DNA of 35,896 bases from an uncultured bacterium (GCA_964372605.1 CAYJUC010000003.1:1-35896); one strand, 5' to 3'; shown: positions 8,533 to 19,530, counted from the first letter of the stretch. Notes: generated from the sequence alone by a model not told the origin. Translations and numbers: made by a program.

Positions 8533-10740
8533 ATGGCAGGCCTCCGCGACCCTTGCTGGCTCCTCCTCGCCCTGCTCTTCGGGGTCCTCCTCATCGTGAC
8601 AGTGGTCTGGGTCTCCGTGGATCAGCGGCCTCCGATGTGGGACCACGCCAACCACCTGGAGCGGGCCGTGACGTGCAAGCAGATCCTGGCCGATCCCGGG
8701 AGGGACCGCTTCCGCGAGATCATGGCCATCTCCGCGTTTTACCCGCCCGTTGTCCCGTGCGCAGCCGGTCTGCTCTATCTCCTCGTTCCGGTGACCCCGG
8801 TGACCGGCCAGGCGATCATCCTGGGGTTTCTCGGCGTCGGGCTCCTGGCGATCTTCCTGCTGGGCCGCCTGCTCTTCGATTCCCGGACCGGGCTCCTGGC
8901 GGCCCTGATCTTCGGGACCGCGCCGTTCGTGCTCTTCTCCAGCAACAACTTTCAGCTCGACCTTCCGCTGGCGTCCATGGTCGCTTTGGCGATCCTGACT
9001 CTGGTGAAGAGCGAAGGGTTTTCTCGGCGCGGGTGGTCCTGGGCTTCCGGGGTGATCCTGGGGCTGGGCCTCCTGACCAAGCCGCCGTTCGTCGCCTACG
9101 TGCTCCCGGCCCTGGTCATCGCCGCGCTCGCCTTCGGGAGCGGTGAGGACCGGGCGCGCCGGTGGGGCAACCTCGTCCCCGCGCTGCTCCTGCCGGCGGC
9201 GCTGGCGCTGCCATGGTACGGCCCCCGACTCTTCGGCCTCCCCGCCCAGGTCTTGAACCGCTCCTTCAAACAAGCGGCCGAATCGGGGTACCCCGAAGTC
9301 CTCTCTGCGTTTTCGCTCACGTTTTACCCTCGCGCCTTCCTGCCCCAGTTCGGCATTCTGGCGGGGCTCCTGTTCGCATGGGGGTGCTGGGCCCTCAGAA
9401 ACGACCGGCGGGTCCGGGGCCTCCTCCTGGCCTCCTGCCTGATCCCGTTCGGCATCTTCGTCTTCCTCCAGAACAAAAATCTTCGCTACACCCTCCCGAT
9501 TCTCCCGATGGCGGCGCTGGTCGCTGCCGGAGGGCTCCGGGCTGTGAGGCCGGCCTGGCGCCGGGCGCTTCTGGCGGGATGCGTGGTGTTCTCGCTGGTT
9601 CAGGTCGGAGCTTCCGCCTTTGGGATCCCTCCCGTTCCGGCTTGGACCCCGTTCAATCTGCCTCTCGTGATGGGCGGCCCCCCCAGCACCGCAGAATGGC
9701 CGCACGCGAAGATCCTGTCGTTGATCGTGAGGGAGAGCGGGGGACAACCAGTCACGGTCAGCGTCGTCCCCAACTACAATTTCTTCTCGGTCTCTAATTT
9801 TCGTTACTACGCGGTCCGGGACGGGCTCCCGCTCACGATCACCCGCGCATGGGATGAGTATCCGTTGAAGATTGATTTCATACTCCTCAAGACCGGGGAC
9901 CAGGGACCCGCGTTCTCCCTGGCAAAGCCCGGCCGGATCATAGCCAGGATCGAGGCGGGGGACCCTCCCTTCGAGAAGGCCTTTCCGATCATCGCGGAGT
10001 TTCCCCTTCCCGACGGGAGCCGGGCGTATGTGCGGAAGCGGAGCCTGGCGGCGGTTGAGGGGGTCACACCAGAGGCCATGGCTAGGCGGTTCGAGGCGGG
10101 AGCCAGGCAGTTCCTGGGGCGGTTCGCCCGGGAGGTGGAGGGGCTGGAGATCCGGTTCGCGTCCACGCCTGGCGAGCTGCTCCGGGGGGGCATAGACCGG
10201 ATTCAGATTTCAGCCGGGAAGGCAACGGTCGGAGAGTTTTCAATAAAGCGTCCTCCGCTGACCATCCGGGATGTTCGTTTCACCGTGGAAGGGCTTCGCG
10301 TCAACCCCCACCGTCTCCTGACCACCGGGGAGGTCGAGCCCCTGGAGATCGGCCGGCTTCAGGTCCACCATCTGGTGGTGACCGAGGAAGACCTGGGGGC
10401 CTTCCTGTCCGGGCAGCCACGGCTCACCGGGCTTCGGGTCCGACTGGAGGACGGAAGCGCAGCCGTGGAACTTCGGCAACCCGGTCCCGATCTGAACGCC
10501 CGCCTCCGTTTCGTGGTCCCCGGCCCGCTCGGCGCGGCCTTCGGCCTCGAGGTCGAAGCGGTGCGCCTGGGCGGATTCCCGCTGCCGGATGGGCTGACCC
10601 ATTGGGTGGTCAGGCACTACGACCCGGCGCCCCGGCTCTCCCAGCTCCCGGTGGCGGTCAGGCTCGAACCCGTCAGCATCCGGACGGGAAGAATCGAAAT
10701 CGGCGCGCTGGACGGGTCCTTGCGTCGTCGGCTAGAGTAA
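8533..10740 (+). CDS. GT-C fold membrane glycosyltransferase (family 39/83, ArnT/PMT-like) with extended C-terminal soluble region (possible DUF2993/LmeA-like module)
   Basis: 735 aa. About 11 hydrophobic segments over the first ~385 aa, with an acidic first loop (VDQRPPMWDHANH), a periplasmic domain, then a ~230-aa beta-rich tail (GGIDRIQISAGKATVGEF...LTIRDVRFTVEGLRVNP...LQVHHLVVTEEDLGAFL...). Confidence 0.75.
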   Translation: MAGLRDPCWLLLALLFGVLLIVTVVWVSVDQRPPMWDHANHLERAVTCKQILADPGRDRFREIMAISAFYPPVVPCAAGLLYLLVPVTPVTGQAIILGFLGVGLLAIFLLGRLLFDSRTGLLAALIFGTAPFVLFSSNNFQLDLPLASMVALAILTLVKSEGFSRRGWSWASGVILGLGLLTKPPFVAYVLPALVIAALAFGSGEDRARRWGNLVPALLLPAALALPWYGPRLFGLPAQVLNRSFKQAAESGYPEVLSAFSLTFYPRAFLPQFGILAGLLFAWGCWALRNDRRVRGLLLASCLIPFGIFVFLQNKNLRYTLPILPMAALVAAGGLRAVRPAWRRALLAGCVVFSLVQVGASAFGIPPVPAWTPFNLPLVMGGPPSTAEWPHAKILSLIVRESGGQPVTVSVVPNYNFFSVSNFRYYAVRDGLPLTITRAWDEYPLKIDFILLKTGDQGPAFSLAKPGRIIARIEAGDPPFEKAFPIIAEFPLPDGSRAYVRKRSLAAVEGVTPEAMARRFEAGARQFLGRFAREVEGLEIRFASTPGELLRGGIDRIQISAGKATVGEFSIKRPPLTIRDVRFTVEGLRVNPHRLLTTGEVEPLEIGRLQVHHLVVTEEDLGAFLSGQPRLTGLRVRLEDGSAAVELRQPGPDLNARLRFVVPGPLGAAFGLEVEAVRLGGFPLPDGLTHWVVRHYDPAPRLSQLPVAVRLEPVSIRTGRIEIGALDGSLRRRLE

Positions 10741-10767
10741 CGGAGGCGCTGATCGCCGAACGGGAGG

Positions 10768-11427
10768 ATGTCGGTGGCCGAATCCCCGAACGCCAGGAAA
10801 TCACGCGCGCTGAAGATCGTGAGAGTGTTGGAGAAGTCATATCCGGACGCCCGGATCGCGCTGGAGTTTGGGAATCCCCTGGAGCTCTTGGTGGCGACCA
10901 TCCTGGCGGCCCAGTGCACCGACGAGCGGGTCAACATGGTGACCCGGGATCTCTTCAGGAAGTACAAGAGCGCCGACGACTACGCCGGGGCCGGCCTCGC
11001 CACGTTCGAGAAGGAGATCCACTCCACGGGCTTCTACAAGGCCAAGGCCAGAGCCGTGCTCGGGATGGCCAAACAGCTGGTGGAGCAGCATGGCGGGCAG
11101 GTCCCGAGGACCGTGGAGGAGCTGATGGCGCTCCCCGGGGTGGGGAGAAAGACGGCCAACGTGGTGCTGGGGAATGCCTACGACCAGCCGGCGATTGCCG
11201 TTGACACCCATGTGTTCCGGGTCTCCCAGCGCCTCGGGCTCGCCAGATCCGACGACCCGGAAGAGATCCATGATCAACTCTGTCAGGTTCTCCCACGGGC
11301 GAAGTGGACCTTGATCACTCACCTCCTGACCACCCACGGGCGTCGGGTCTGCCAGGCCCGGACGCCAGCCTGTCCCACCTGTCCGGTTCGCGCCCTCTGC
11401 CCCTGGCCGGGAAAGTCCGCGAAATAG
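10768..11427 (+). CDS. nth: Endonuclease III (DNA-(apurinic/apyrimidinic site) lyase)
   Basis: HhH-GPD signature LPGVGRKTANVVL and the C-terminal 4Fe-4S motif CQARTPACPTCPVRALC (CX6CX2CX5C). GTG 10774 is an alternative start with better spacing from GGGAGG (10762..10767). Confidence 0.9.
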   Translation: MSVAESPNARKSRALKIVRVLEKSYPDARIALEFGNPLELLVATILAAQCTDERVNMVTRDLFRKYKSADDYAGAGLATFEKEIHSTGFYKAKARAVLGMAKQLVEQHGGQVPRTVEELMALPGVGRKTANVVLGNAYDQPAIAVDTHVFRVSQRLGLARSDDPEEIHDQLCQVLPRAKWTLITHLLTTHGRRVCQARTPACPTCPVRALCPWPGKSAK

Positions 11428-11458
11428 CAGGCCGTACCAGGGCCGTACCAGCTTTCCC

Positions 11459-11487
11459 TTGACAGCAGAAGAAGGTTCGTTTAGCAT
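11459..11487 (+). promoter_or_regulatory. Candidate sigma-70 promoter TTGACA-17-TAGCAT for rplM-rpsI
   Basis: Perfect -35 TTGACA at 11459..11464, a 17-nt spacer, then TAGCAT at 11482..11487, followed by an AT-rich stretch that is unusual in this GC-rich window. Confidence 0.5.
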
Positions 11488-11527
11488 TGATTTTTGCAAA
11501 TTTTTTTGAACCTTTGAGTCCGTGCAG

Positions 11528-11613
11528 GCGTGCGTGGCGCAAGCCCGGGTGCCCGCCTTGCTCAGTATAGGCGGGCGTGGCGCCAGCCCGGGTGCCCGCC
11601 TTGCTCAATGGAC
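11528..11613 (+). repeat. 43-bp tandem direct duplication (2 copies, ~86% identical) in the rplM 5' leader
   Basis: Copy 1, 11528..11570: gcgtgcgtggcgcaagcccgggtgcccgccttgctcagtatag. Copy 2, 11571..11613: gcgggcgtggcgccagcccgggtgcccgccttgctcaatggac. GCCCGCC (copy 1) and GGCGGGC (start of copy 2) form a 7-bp stem across the junction. Confidence 0.8.
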
Positions 11614-11636
11614 GGGGGCAGAAGCCGGACGACCAG

Positions 11637-12092
11637 ATGTCTACGCTCGAGCCAGCCGTGAAAGAAGTTTCCCGGAAGTGGTATCTGGTGGATGCCGAGG
11701 GGAAAGTGCTCGGCCGACTGGCCACGCAGGTCGCCGTGCTCCTTCTGGGGAAACACAAGCCGACCTACACGCCCCATCTGGATGTGGGGGATCACGTGGT
11801 CGTGGTAAACGCCGAGAAGGTTCACCTGACGGGTAAGAAGCGTGCGAGCAAGATCTACCGCTGGCACACCGGCTACATCGGCGGGCTTCGCGAAGTGAGC
11901 GCCGCCGAGATGCTGAAGACCCGCCCGGAACGGGTGATCGAGTGGGCGGTGCAGGGAATGCTTCCCAAGGGGCGCCTCGGCCGAGCCATGGCGCGGAAGC
12001 TCAAGGTCTACAGGGGGCGGGAGCATCCGCACGCGGCCCAGCGACCGGAGCCCTTCGACCTCCTGGTCAGAAATTCTCGGAGGGGAACCTGA
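11637..12092 (+). CDS. rplM: 50S ribosomal protein L13
   Basis: From internal ATG 11637: [61 protein letters not shown], the canonical L13 N-terminus. The ORF-track start at 11577 lies inside the leader repeat. Confidence 0.95.
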   Translation: MSTLEPAVKEVSRKWYLVDAEGKVLGRLATQVAVLLLGKHKPTYTPHLDVGDHVVVVNAEKVHLTGKKRASKIYRWHTGYIGGLREVSAAEMLKTRPERVIEWAVQGMLPKGRLGRAMARKLKVYRGREHPHAAQRPEPFDLLVRNSRRGT

Positions 12093-12487
12093 TGGCGGCA
12101 CTGACCCAGTACTACGGAACGGGACGGCGAAAAACCTCGGTGGCCCGGGTCTGGCTTCGGCCGGGTCAAGGGACCATCACGGTCAACCGGAGGAATTTTG
12201 AGGATTATTTTCCGGGAGAGACCTTCCGGATGATTATTTGCCAGCCGTTACAGCTGACCAACACGCTGGGGCAGTTCGACGTGCGGATCAACGTGGGGGG
12301 CGGGGGAGTGTCGGGGCAGGCTGGGGCCGTCAGGCATGGGATCGCCCGGGCCCTCCTCGTCTTTGACGAGAAGTTTCGTTCCGCGCTCAAGCGAGCCGGT
12401 TTCCTGACCCGAGATCCGCGGATGCGGGAGCGGAAGAAGTACGGTCAGCCGGGCGCCCGGAAACAGTTCCAGTATTCCAAGCGGTAG
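12092..12487 (+). CDS. rpsI: 30S ribosomal protein S9
   Basis: From ATG 12092, overlapping the rplM stop as TGATG: [25 protein letters not shown]...[17 protein letters not shown], canonical S9 termini. Confidence 0.95.
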   Translation: MAALTQYYGTGRRKTSVARVWLRPGQGTITVNRRNFEDYFPGETFRMIICQPLQLTNTLGQFDVRINVGGGGVSGQAGAVRHGIARALLVFDEKFRSALKRAGFLTRDPRMRERKKYGQPGARKQFQYSKR

Positions 12488-12667
12488 TTCGAGCCGAGGG
12501 GCTTCGGCGCCGACAGCATCACCGTCGGCGCAAGCCACGAGGCGAGGCCCGAGTATTCGATCCGACCGCCCCCCGCCGACTTCGCCCGGGCACCTGCGGG
12601 GTTCGAGCAGAACGGGTGGGCCGGTTGGACCAAGCATGGATCAAGAGTGACTGAACAAGAGGCGGTC

Positions 12668-13717
12668 ATGGTGCGGGTCGCGGTGGCAGGGGCCAGTGGG
12701 TACATGGGGGCAGAGCTCCTGCGTCTCCTTCTGGTTCACCCCAGGGTGCGGCTGACGGCGGTGACGTCCGAGCGGCTGGTGCGTGAACCCATCGACCGGG
12801 TGTTTCCGAGTCTCCGAAGCCTCACCGGCCTCGCCTTTCAGGAGCTCCACCCCGAGCGGCTGGCTGAAGAGGCCGACCTGATTTTTCTCGCCCTCCCTCA
12901 CGCCGAGTCCCAGCAACACGTGCCGACGCTCCGGCGCTGCGGCCGGCGGATCATTGACCTCTCAGCCGACTACCGGCTCCATGACGCCCTAGCCTTCCAG
13001 ACCTGGTACACGACCCCGCACGCGGATCCCGCGGGGCTCGCGGAGGCGGTCTACGGCCTTCCCGAATTGCACCGGAAGGAGATCGCGTCGGCCAACCTCG
13101 TTGCCAACCCCGGGTGCTATCCGGTGGGCGCCGTGCTGGCCATCACGCCCCTCCTGAGGAGCGGCCTGGGAAGATCCGAGGGGATCGTCATCGATTCGAA
13201 ATCCGGGGTGACGGGCGCGGGGGCTCAGGGGCGGAAGGTAGACCCGATGTATCTCTACACCGAGGCCAACGAGAACATCCAGGCTTACGGCGTCCCCCGT
13301 CATCGCCACATCCCCGAGATCGAGCAGGAGCTTACCGGCGTCGCCGGGCGGCCGGTCCGGGTGAGCTTTACCCCCCACTTGATTCCTGTGAACCGCGGCC
13401 TGTTGACCACCGCCTCGGTTCCGCTGGCGGAAAAGGCGACGCCGTCCGACCTCCAGGCGTGTTATCGGGAGTTCTACGCCGGGGAACCGTTCGTCCGGGT
13501 ACTCCCCGAAGGGGCGCTGCCGACCACTCGGGCGGTCGTGGGCTCCAACTTTTGCGACGTCGCCGTGGTGGCGGATCCTCGGACCGGTCGCGTGGTCTGC
13601 CTGTCCGCGATCGATAACCTGGGCAAAGGCGGCTCGGGCCAGGCCGTTCAAAACCTCAACCTGATGCTGGGGTGGGGCGAACGCACCGGGCTCGAGGCGC
13701 CCCCGGTCTATCCTTAA
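12668..13717 (+). CDS. argC: N-acetyl-gamma-glutamyl-phosphate reductase
   Basis: MVRVAVAGASGYMGAELLRLL NAD-binding N-terminus; active-site region ANPGCYP. AAGAGG lies 6 nt upstream of ATG 12668; the ORF-track GTG 12647 is less likely. Confidence 0.9.
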   Translation: MVRVAVAGASGYMGAELLRLLLVHPRVRLTAVTSERLVREPIDRVFPSLRSLTGLAFQELHPERLAEEADLIFLALPHAESQQHVPTLRRCGRRIIDLSADYRLHDALAFQTWYTTPHADPAGLAEAVYGLPELHRKEIASANLVANPGCYPVGAVLAITPLLRSGLGRSEGIVIDSKSGVTGAGAQGRKVDPMYLYTEANENIQAYGVPRHRHIPEIEQELTGVAGRPVRVSFTPHLIPVNRGLLTTASVPLAEKATPSDLQACYREFYAGEPFVRVLPEGALPTTRAVVGSNFCDVAVVADPRTGRVVCLSAIDNLGKGGSGQAVQNLNLMLGWGERTGLEAPPVYP

Positions 13718-13720
13718 CCC

Positions 13721-14935
13721 ATGGCTCAGATGGAGTGGCTCGAGGGCGGAATCACGGCGGTTCCCGGAATCCTCGCATCGGGCATCCACGGAGGAATCAA
13801 GGCCGGCGGGAAAAAGGATCTGGCGCTCATCTACTCCGCGTCACCAGCCCGCGCCGCCGCTGTCTTCACCGGGAACCAGATCAAGGGCGCCCCGGTTCAG
13901 GTCTCCATGGAGCATATCAAGGGGGGGACGGTCCAGGCGATCGTGGTCTCCAGCGGGAATTCCAACGTGTGCACCGGGGAAGCGGGAATCAAGGACGCGC
14001 GCGACATGGCCAAGACCGTGGCGGATCTGCTCCGCATCCCCCCGCGTCACGTGCTGGTGGCCTCGACCGGCGTCATCGGTCGGCCATTGCCGATGGAGAA
14101 GATTCGACCCGCGCTCCCGAAGCTTGTGAAGGCGCTCTCCCCGCAGGGCGGGCGGAACGCGGCCGAAGCCATCATGACCACGGATACGCGCCCCAAAGAG
14201 GCGGCGCTCCGCGTGGAGGTGACCGGTCGACCGGTCACCATCGGCGGGATGGCGAAGGGCGTGGGGATGATTGACCCCCACATGGCGACGATGCTCTGCT
14301 TCATCGCCACCGACGCCGGGGTTTCACAGGAGGCCCTCCAGCCGGTGCTCAAGCGGGCCGTAGACCGGTCATTCAACCGGATCACCATAGACGGAGACCA
14401 ATCGACCAGCGACATGGCGGCGCTCCTGGCGAGCGGCCTGGCCGAGAACGCGCCGCTGGAGAGGGGGAGCCGGGGACTCAGGCAATTCTCCCGCGGCCTC
14501 GACGCCGTCACCCTGCGGCTGGCCCGGATGCTGGTGGAAGACGGCGAGGGCGCGACCAAGCTCGTGGAGATCGCCGTGCGGGGAGCCAGGAGCCGGAGGG
14601 ATGCGCTCGCCGCCGCCCGCGCGGTGGCCACCTCGCTCCTGGTGAAGACCGCGATCAACGGCCAGGACCCGAACTGGGGACGGATCATGATGGCGTTGGG
14701 GAAAAGCCCGGCGCGGGTAGAGGCCGAGCGGGTGGCGGTCTGGTTCGGCGACGAGCAGGTGGTGGAACGGGGTCAATTCCGGCCGGGAGCGAAGGCGGAT
14801 CGCCTCAGGGAGATCATGGCGCGGCCCGAGTTCACCATCCAGATTGACCTCGGAATCGGCGCAGGCAGAGAACAGGTCTGGACCTGCGATATTTCCGATG
14901 AGTATGTGCGGATCAATGCGAAGTACACGACCTGA
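13721..14935 (+). CDS. argJ: Bifunctional ornithine acetyltransferase / N-acetylglutamate synthase
   Basis: 404 aa with the autoproteolytic site motif [14 protein letters not shown]. Immediately downstream of argC. Confidence 0.9.
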   Translation: MAQMEWLEGGITAVPGILASGIHGGIKAGGKKDLALIYSASPARAAAVFTGNQIKGAPVQVSMEHIKGGTVQAIVVSSGNSNVCTGEAGIKDARDMAKTVADLLRIPPRHVLVASTGVIGRPLPMEKIRPALPKLVKALSPQGGRNAAEAIMTTDTRPKEAALRVEVTGRPVTIGGMAKGVGMIDPHMATMLCFIATDAGVSQEALQPVLKRAVDRSFNRITIDGDQSTSDMAALLASGLAENAPLERGSRGLRQFSRGLDAVTLRLARMLVEDGEGATKLVEIAVRGARSRRDALAAARAVATSLLVKTAINGQDPNWGRIMMALGKSPARVEAERVAVWFGDEQVVERGQFRPGAKADRLREIMARPEFTIQIDLGIGAGREQVWTCDISDEYVRINAKYTT

Positions 14936-14941
14936 ACTCTC

Positions 14942-14963
14942 GGAGGGGGTGGGGACCCCCTCC
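14942..14963 (+). terminator. GC-rich stem-loop after argJ (possible terminator, weak U-tract)
   Basis: GGAGGGGGT-GGGG-ACCCCCTCC, a 9-bp stem, 7 nt after the argJ stop. No clear T-run follows it. Confidence 0.35.
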
Positions 14964-15036
14964 GAATTACACACGCTTCCCAAGTTCGGTCCCCGGCAGG
15001 GGTCGGGAGGCGGAGGCAAACCGACGGAGGAATAGC

Positions 15037-15807
15037 ATGACCACATTGACGATGAAGGAGCTCCTCGAAGCGGGGGTCCATTTCGGTCACCAGACCAAGC
15101 GATGGAACCCAAAGATGCAAAAGTACATCTTCGGGGAGCGGAACGGGATCTACATTATCGATCTGCAGAAAACCCTGAAGAAGTTCCGCGAGGCCTGCAC
15201 CTTCGTCCGCGACCTGGCCGCGGAGGGGGGGACGCTCCTGTTCGTCGGAACCAAGAAGCAGGCCCAGGACACCGTGTTCGAAGAGGCGACCCGCTGCGGC
15301 ATGTTTTACGTGAACCAGCGGTGGCTGGGGGGAACCCTGACAAATTTTGCCACGATCCGGAAGTCTATCGCCCGCCTGAAGAAACTGGAGGAGATGAAGG
15401 AGACCGGCGAGTACGAGCGACTTCCGAAGAAGGAGGTGCTCGGGCTCGAGCGCGAGCGGCGGAAGCTGGAAAAAGCCCTGATCGGAATCAAGGAGATGGA
15501 CCGGGTCCCCGCTGCCGTGTACATCATCGATCCCAGGAAGGAAAAAATCGCGACGGCCGAGGCCCGGCGTCTGGCCGTCCCGATCATCGCCCTCGTGGAT
15601 ACCAACTGCGATCCCACGGGGATCGATTATCCCGTTCCCGGGAACGACGACGCGATCCGGGCGATCCGCTTGATCAGCTCCCGAATCGCCGACGCGGTCG
15701 TCGAAGGGCGGGGCAGCCTGGCCAAGGTGACAGCCGAGGAAACATCTGAAACGCCCGAGGCGCCGACGCCGGAGAGCCTGATGGCGCCGGCTCAAGCGGG
15801 TTCGTAA
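15037..15807 (+). CDS. rpsB: 30S ribosomal protein S2
   Basis: [22 protein letters not shown]...; GGAGG 7 nt upstream of the ATG. Confidence 0.95.
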   Translation: MTTLTMKELLEAGVHFGHQTKRWNPKMQKYIFGERNGIYIIDLQKTLKKFREACTFVRDLAAEGGTLLFVGTKKQAQDTVFEEATRCGMFYVNQRWLGGTLTNFATIRKSIARLKKLEEMKETGEYERLPKKEVLGLERERRKLEKALIGIKEMDRVPAAVYIIDPRKEKIATAEARRLAVPIIALVDTNCDPTGIDYPVPGNDDAIRAIRLISSRIADAVVEGRGSLAKVTAEETSETPEAPTPESLMAPAQAGS

Positions 15808-15823
15808 AAGGAAGGCGAGACCG

Positions 15824-17747
<1,924 letters not shown>

Positions 17748-17773
17748 GGTCGGGCGTCGGCCATCGCCCCCTG

Positions 17774-17800
17774 AGGCCCCGGATGGGGCCTTTGCGTTTT
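17774..17800 (+). terminator. Rho-independent terminator after frr
   Basis: AGGCCCC-GGAT-GGGGCCT, a 7-bp GC stem, followed by TTGCGTTTT. Confidence 0.65.
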
Positions 17801-17859
17801 ACAGAGGATGTTTCTGCCTTGAATCGGCGCTGGACTTTTGAGTAAGATACTGGAAGAGC

Positions 17860-18642
17860 ATGGTGTCGCATTCGGATCACGGTCTCGCGCTGCAGGATCT
17901 GAGGGCTCTGGAAGAAGCGGGGCTCTTGGAGCGGATTCAGTCCCGTTCCCTCCCCCAGCACGTGGCGATCATCATGGATGGTAACGGCCGCTGGGCCACC
18001 CGGCGGGGGCTCCCTCGGGTGGCCGGGCACAGGGAGGGCGTGAAGGCGGCGCGGACGATCGTGAAGGCCGCCGACGAGCTGGGGATCCGATTTCTCACTC
18101 TCTACGCGTTCTCCTCAGAGAACTGGAGCCGCCCGTCCGAGGAGGTTTCCACCCTGATGAGCCTCCTGGAGCGCGCCATCGATCAGGAGCTGGCGGAGCT
18201 CATGGCCAAGAACGTCAGGCTCAAGGTGATCGGACGCGCGGAGGGAGTGCCGGCGCAGGTGAGGCGGGGGATCGATCGGGCGGTCTCCGCCACCCTGGCC
18301 AACACCGGGATGACGCTGATTATGGCCTTCAACTACGGCGGGCGCGACGAGCTGGTGGATGCCTTCCGCGTCCTGGCCCGCGAGATTCAGACCGGGTGTC
18401 TCCGCTTGGAGGAGATCGATGAGGTGCGGGTGTCCCGCGCGCTCTACACCGACGGGGTGCCGGACCCGGACCTGCTGATCCGGACCAGCGGGGAAATGCG
18501 GGTCTCCAACTTCCTTCTCTGGCAGATCGCCTACACGGAGCTGTGGGTCACCGACACGCTGTGGCCCGATTTTGATCGGCGCGAGCTTTACCTGGCGGTG
18601 GCGGACTTCCAGAATCGGGAGCGTCGGTTCGGCAGGGCGTAG
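17860..18642 (+). CDS. uppS: Isoprenyl transferase / di-trans,poly-cis-undecaprenyl-diphosphate synthase
   Basis: HVAIIMDGNGRWA, LTLYAFSSENWSRP and IRTSGEMRVSNFLLWQ signatures. A possible promoter TTGAAT-18-TAAGAT lies at 17819..17848. Confidence 0.9.
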   Translation: MVSHSDHGLALQDLRALEEAGLLERIQSRSLPQHVAIIMDGNGRWATRRGLPRVAGHREGVKAARTIVKAADELGIRFLTLYAFSSENWSRPSEEVSTLMSLLERAIDQELAELMAKNVRLKVIGRAEGVPAQVRRGIDRAVSATLANTGMTLIMAFNYGGRDELVDAFRVLAREIQTGCLRLEEIDEVRVSRALYTDGVPDPDLLIRTSGEMRVSNFLLWQIAYTELWVTDTLWPDFDRRELYLAVADFQNRERRFGRA

Positions 18643-18651
18643 GGGACGCCG

Positions 18652-19530
18652 ATGCAATCCCCGTTCCCGGACGCGGGGGCGACTTCGCCCGCGCCAAAGG
18701 CCACCGAGCTGACCCCTGTTTCTCCGTGGGTGGTGCCTCTGGCAAAGCGCGTGGGGAGCGCGGCTCTCTTCCTGCCGTTCTTCGTCTGGCTCGTGGAGTA
18801 CTCGCCGGCGTGGCTGTTCCCGGCCTTCGTGGTCCTGGTAGGAAGCGTGGGGCAGTGGGAGTTCACGCGGATGTTCGCCCGGTCCGGATCGGAGGTTTAC
18901 CCCTGGCTGGGTCTTCTGGCCGGAGTCGCCATCACCGCGAGCTTCGCGGTGCCCGGGGCGGGTCCGGCCGTCCTGACCCTGACGGTGGCCGCGTTCCTGA
19001 GCCAGAGCCTGGCGAAGACGGGGCCGTCCGGTCCGACGTGGGAACCGTGCGCCCTGACCTTTCTGGGGGTTGTCTACGTGAACTGGCTCCTGGGCTACTC
19101 ACTCTGGCTGCGGGCTCTGCCGCACGGGGCGGACTGGATCTTTCTCCTGGTGTGGGTGACGTGGGTGGGAGAATCCACGGCGTATCTGGTCGGCACCGCC
19201 GTAGGTCGGCGCAGGCTGTCGCCCCGGATCAGCCCGGCCAAAACCGTCGAGGGCGCGGTCGCCCAGCTCCTCGTATCGCTCCCGGCAGCGCTGGCCGGAC
19301 GGTGGTGGTTTTTCCCGGAGTGCTCGGTGAAAGACGCGCTGATCGTGGGGCTGATCCTCGGGTGCATAGGCCAAGTGGGGGACCTGGTGGAATCCTTGCT
19401 CAAGCGGAGCGCCCACACCAAGGACACAGGGCGCCTGATCCCGGGGCACGGCGGGTTGCTGGACCGGCTCGACAGCCTGCTCTTCAACACGCCGGCGTTG
19501 TTTTACTACGCGCGTTACCTGGCGACATGA
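18652..19530 (+). CDS. cdsA: Phosphatidate cytidylyltransferase
   Basis: A 292-aa multi-TM protein with the C-terminal signature SLLKRSAHTKDTGRLIPGHGGLLDRLDSL. Confidence 0.85.
   Translation: MQSPFPDAGATSPAPKATELTPVSPWVVPLAKRVGSAALFLPFFVWLVEYSPAWLFPAFVVLVGSVGQWEFTRMFARSGSEVYPWLGLLAGVAITASFAVPGAGPAVLTLTVAAFLSQSLAKTGPSGPTWEPCALTFLGVVYVNWLLGYSLWLRALPHGADWIFLLVWVTWVGESTAYLVGTAVGRRRLSPRISPAKTVEGAVAQLLVSLPAALAGRWWFFPECSVKDALIVGLILGCIGQVGDLVESLLKRSAHTKDTGRLIPGHGGLLDRLDSLLFNTPALFYYARYLAT

Noticed and set aside
6526-9747. A 1073-aa minus-strand ORF spanning the aminotransferase, methyltransferase and GT-C genes.
   Set aside because: It is the codon-aligned antisense frame of three plus-strand genes that all share the same phase (starts 6535, 7783 and 8533 are all 1 mod 3). 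In that frame, stops arise only from the sense codons TTA, CTA and TCA, which are rare in high-GC genes. The translation is R/G/P/E-rich low complexity with no recognisable domain, whereas the plus-strand genes carry clear family motifs. It is a shadow ORF.
11577-11636. N-terminal extensions proposed by the ORF track for rplM (11577), rpsI (11942), argC (12647), pyrH (16057), rimP (24885), nusA (25662), the DHH protein (30594), truB (31658), ribF (32433), rpsO (33743) and yceI (5211).
   Set aside because: The extensions overlap upstream genes, terminators or leader repeats and do not resemble the respective families. Internal starts reproduce the canonical N-termini, and often have an SD or a stop/start overlap.
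12595-12620. A GGTTCGAGC string resembling a tRNA T-loop in the rpsI-argC spacer.
   Set aside because: The flanking bases cannot form a 5-bp T-stem (CGGGG versus AGAAC), and no acceptor or anticodon arms can be drawn. It is not a tRNA or a tRNA fragment.
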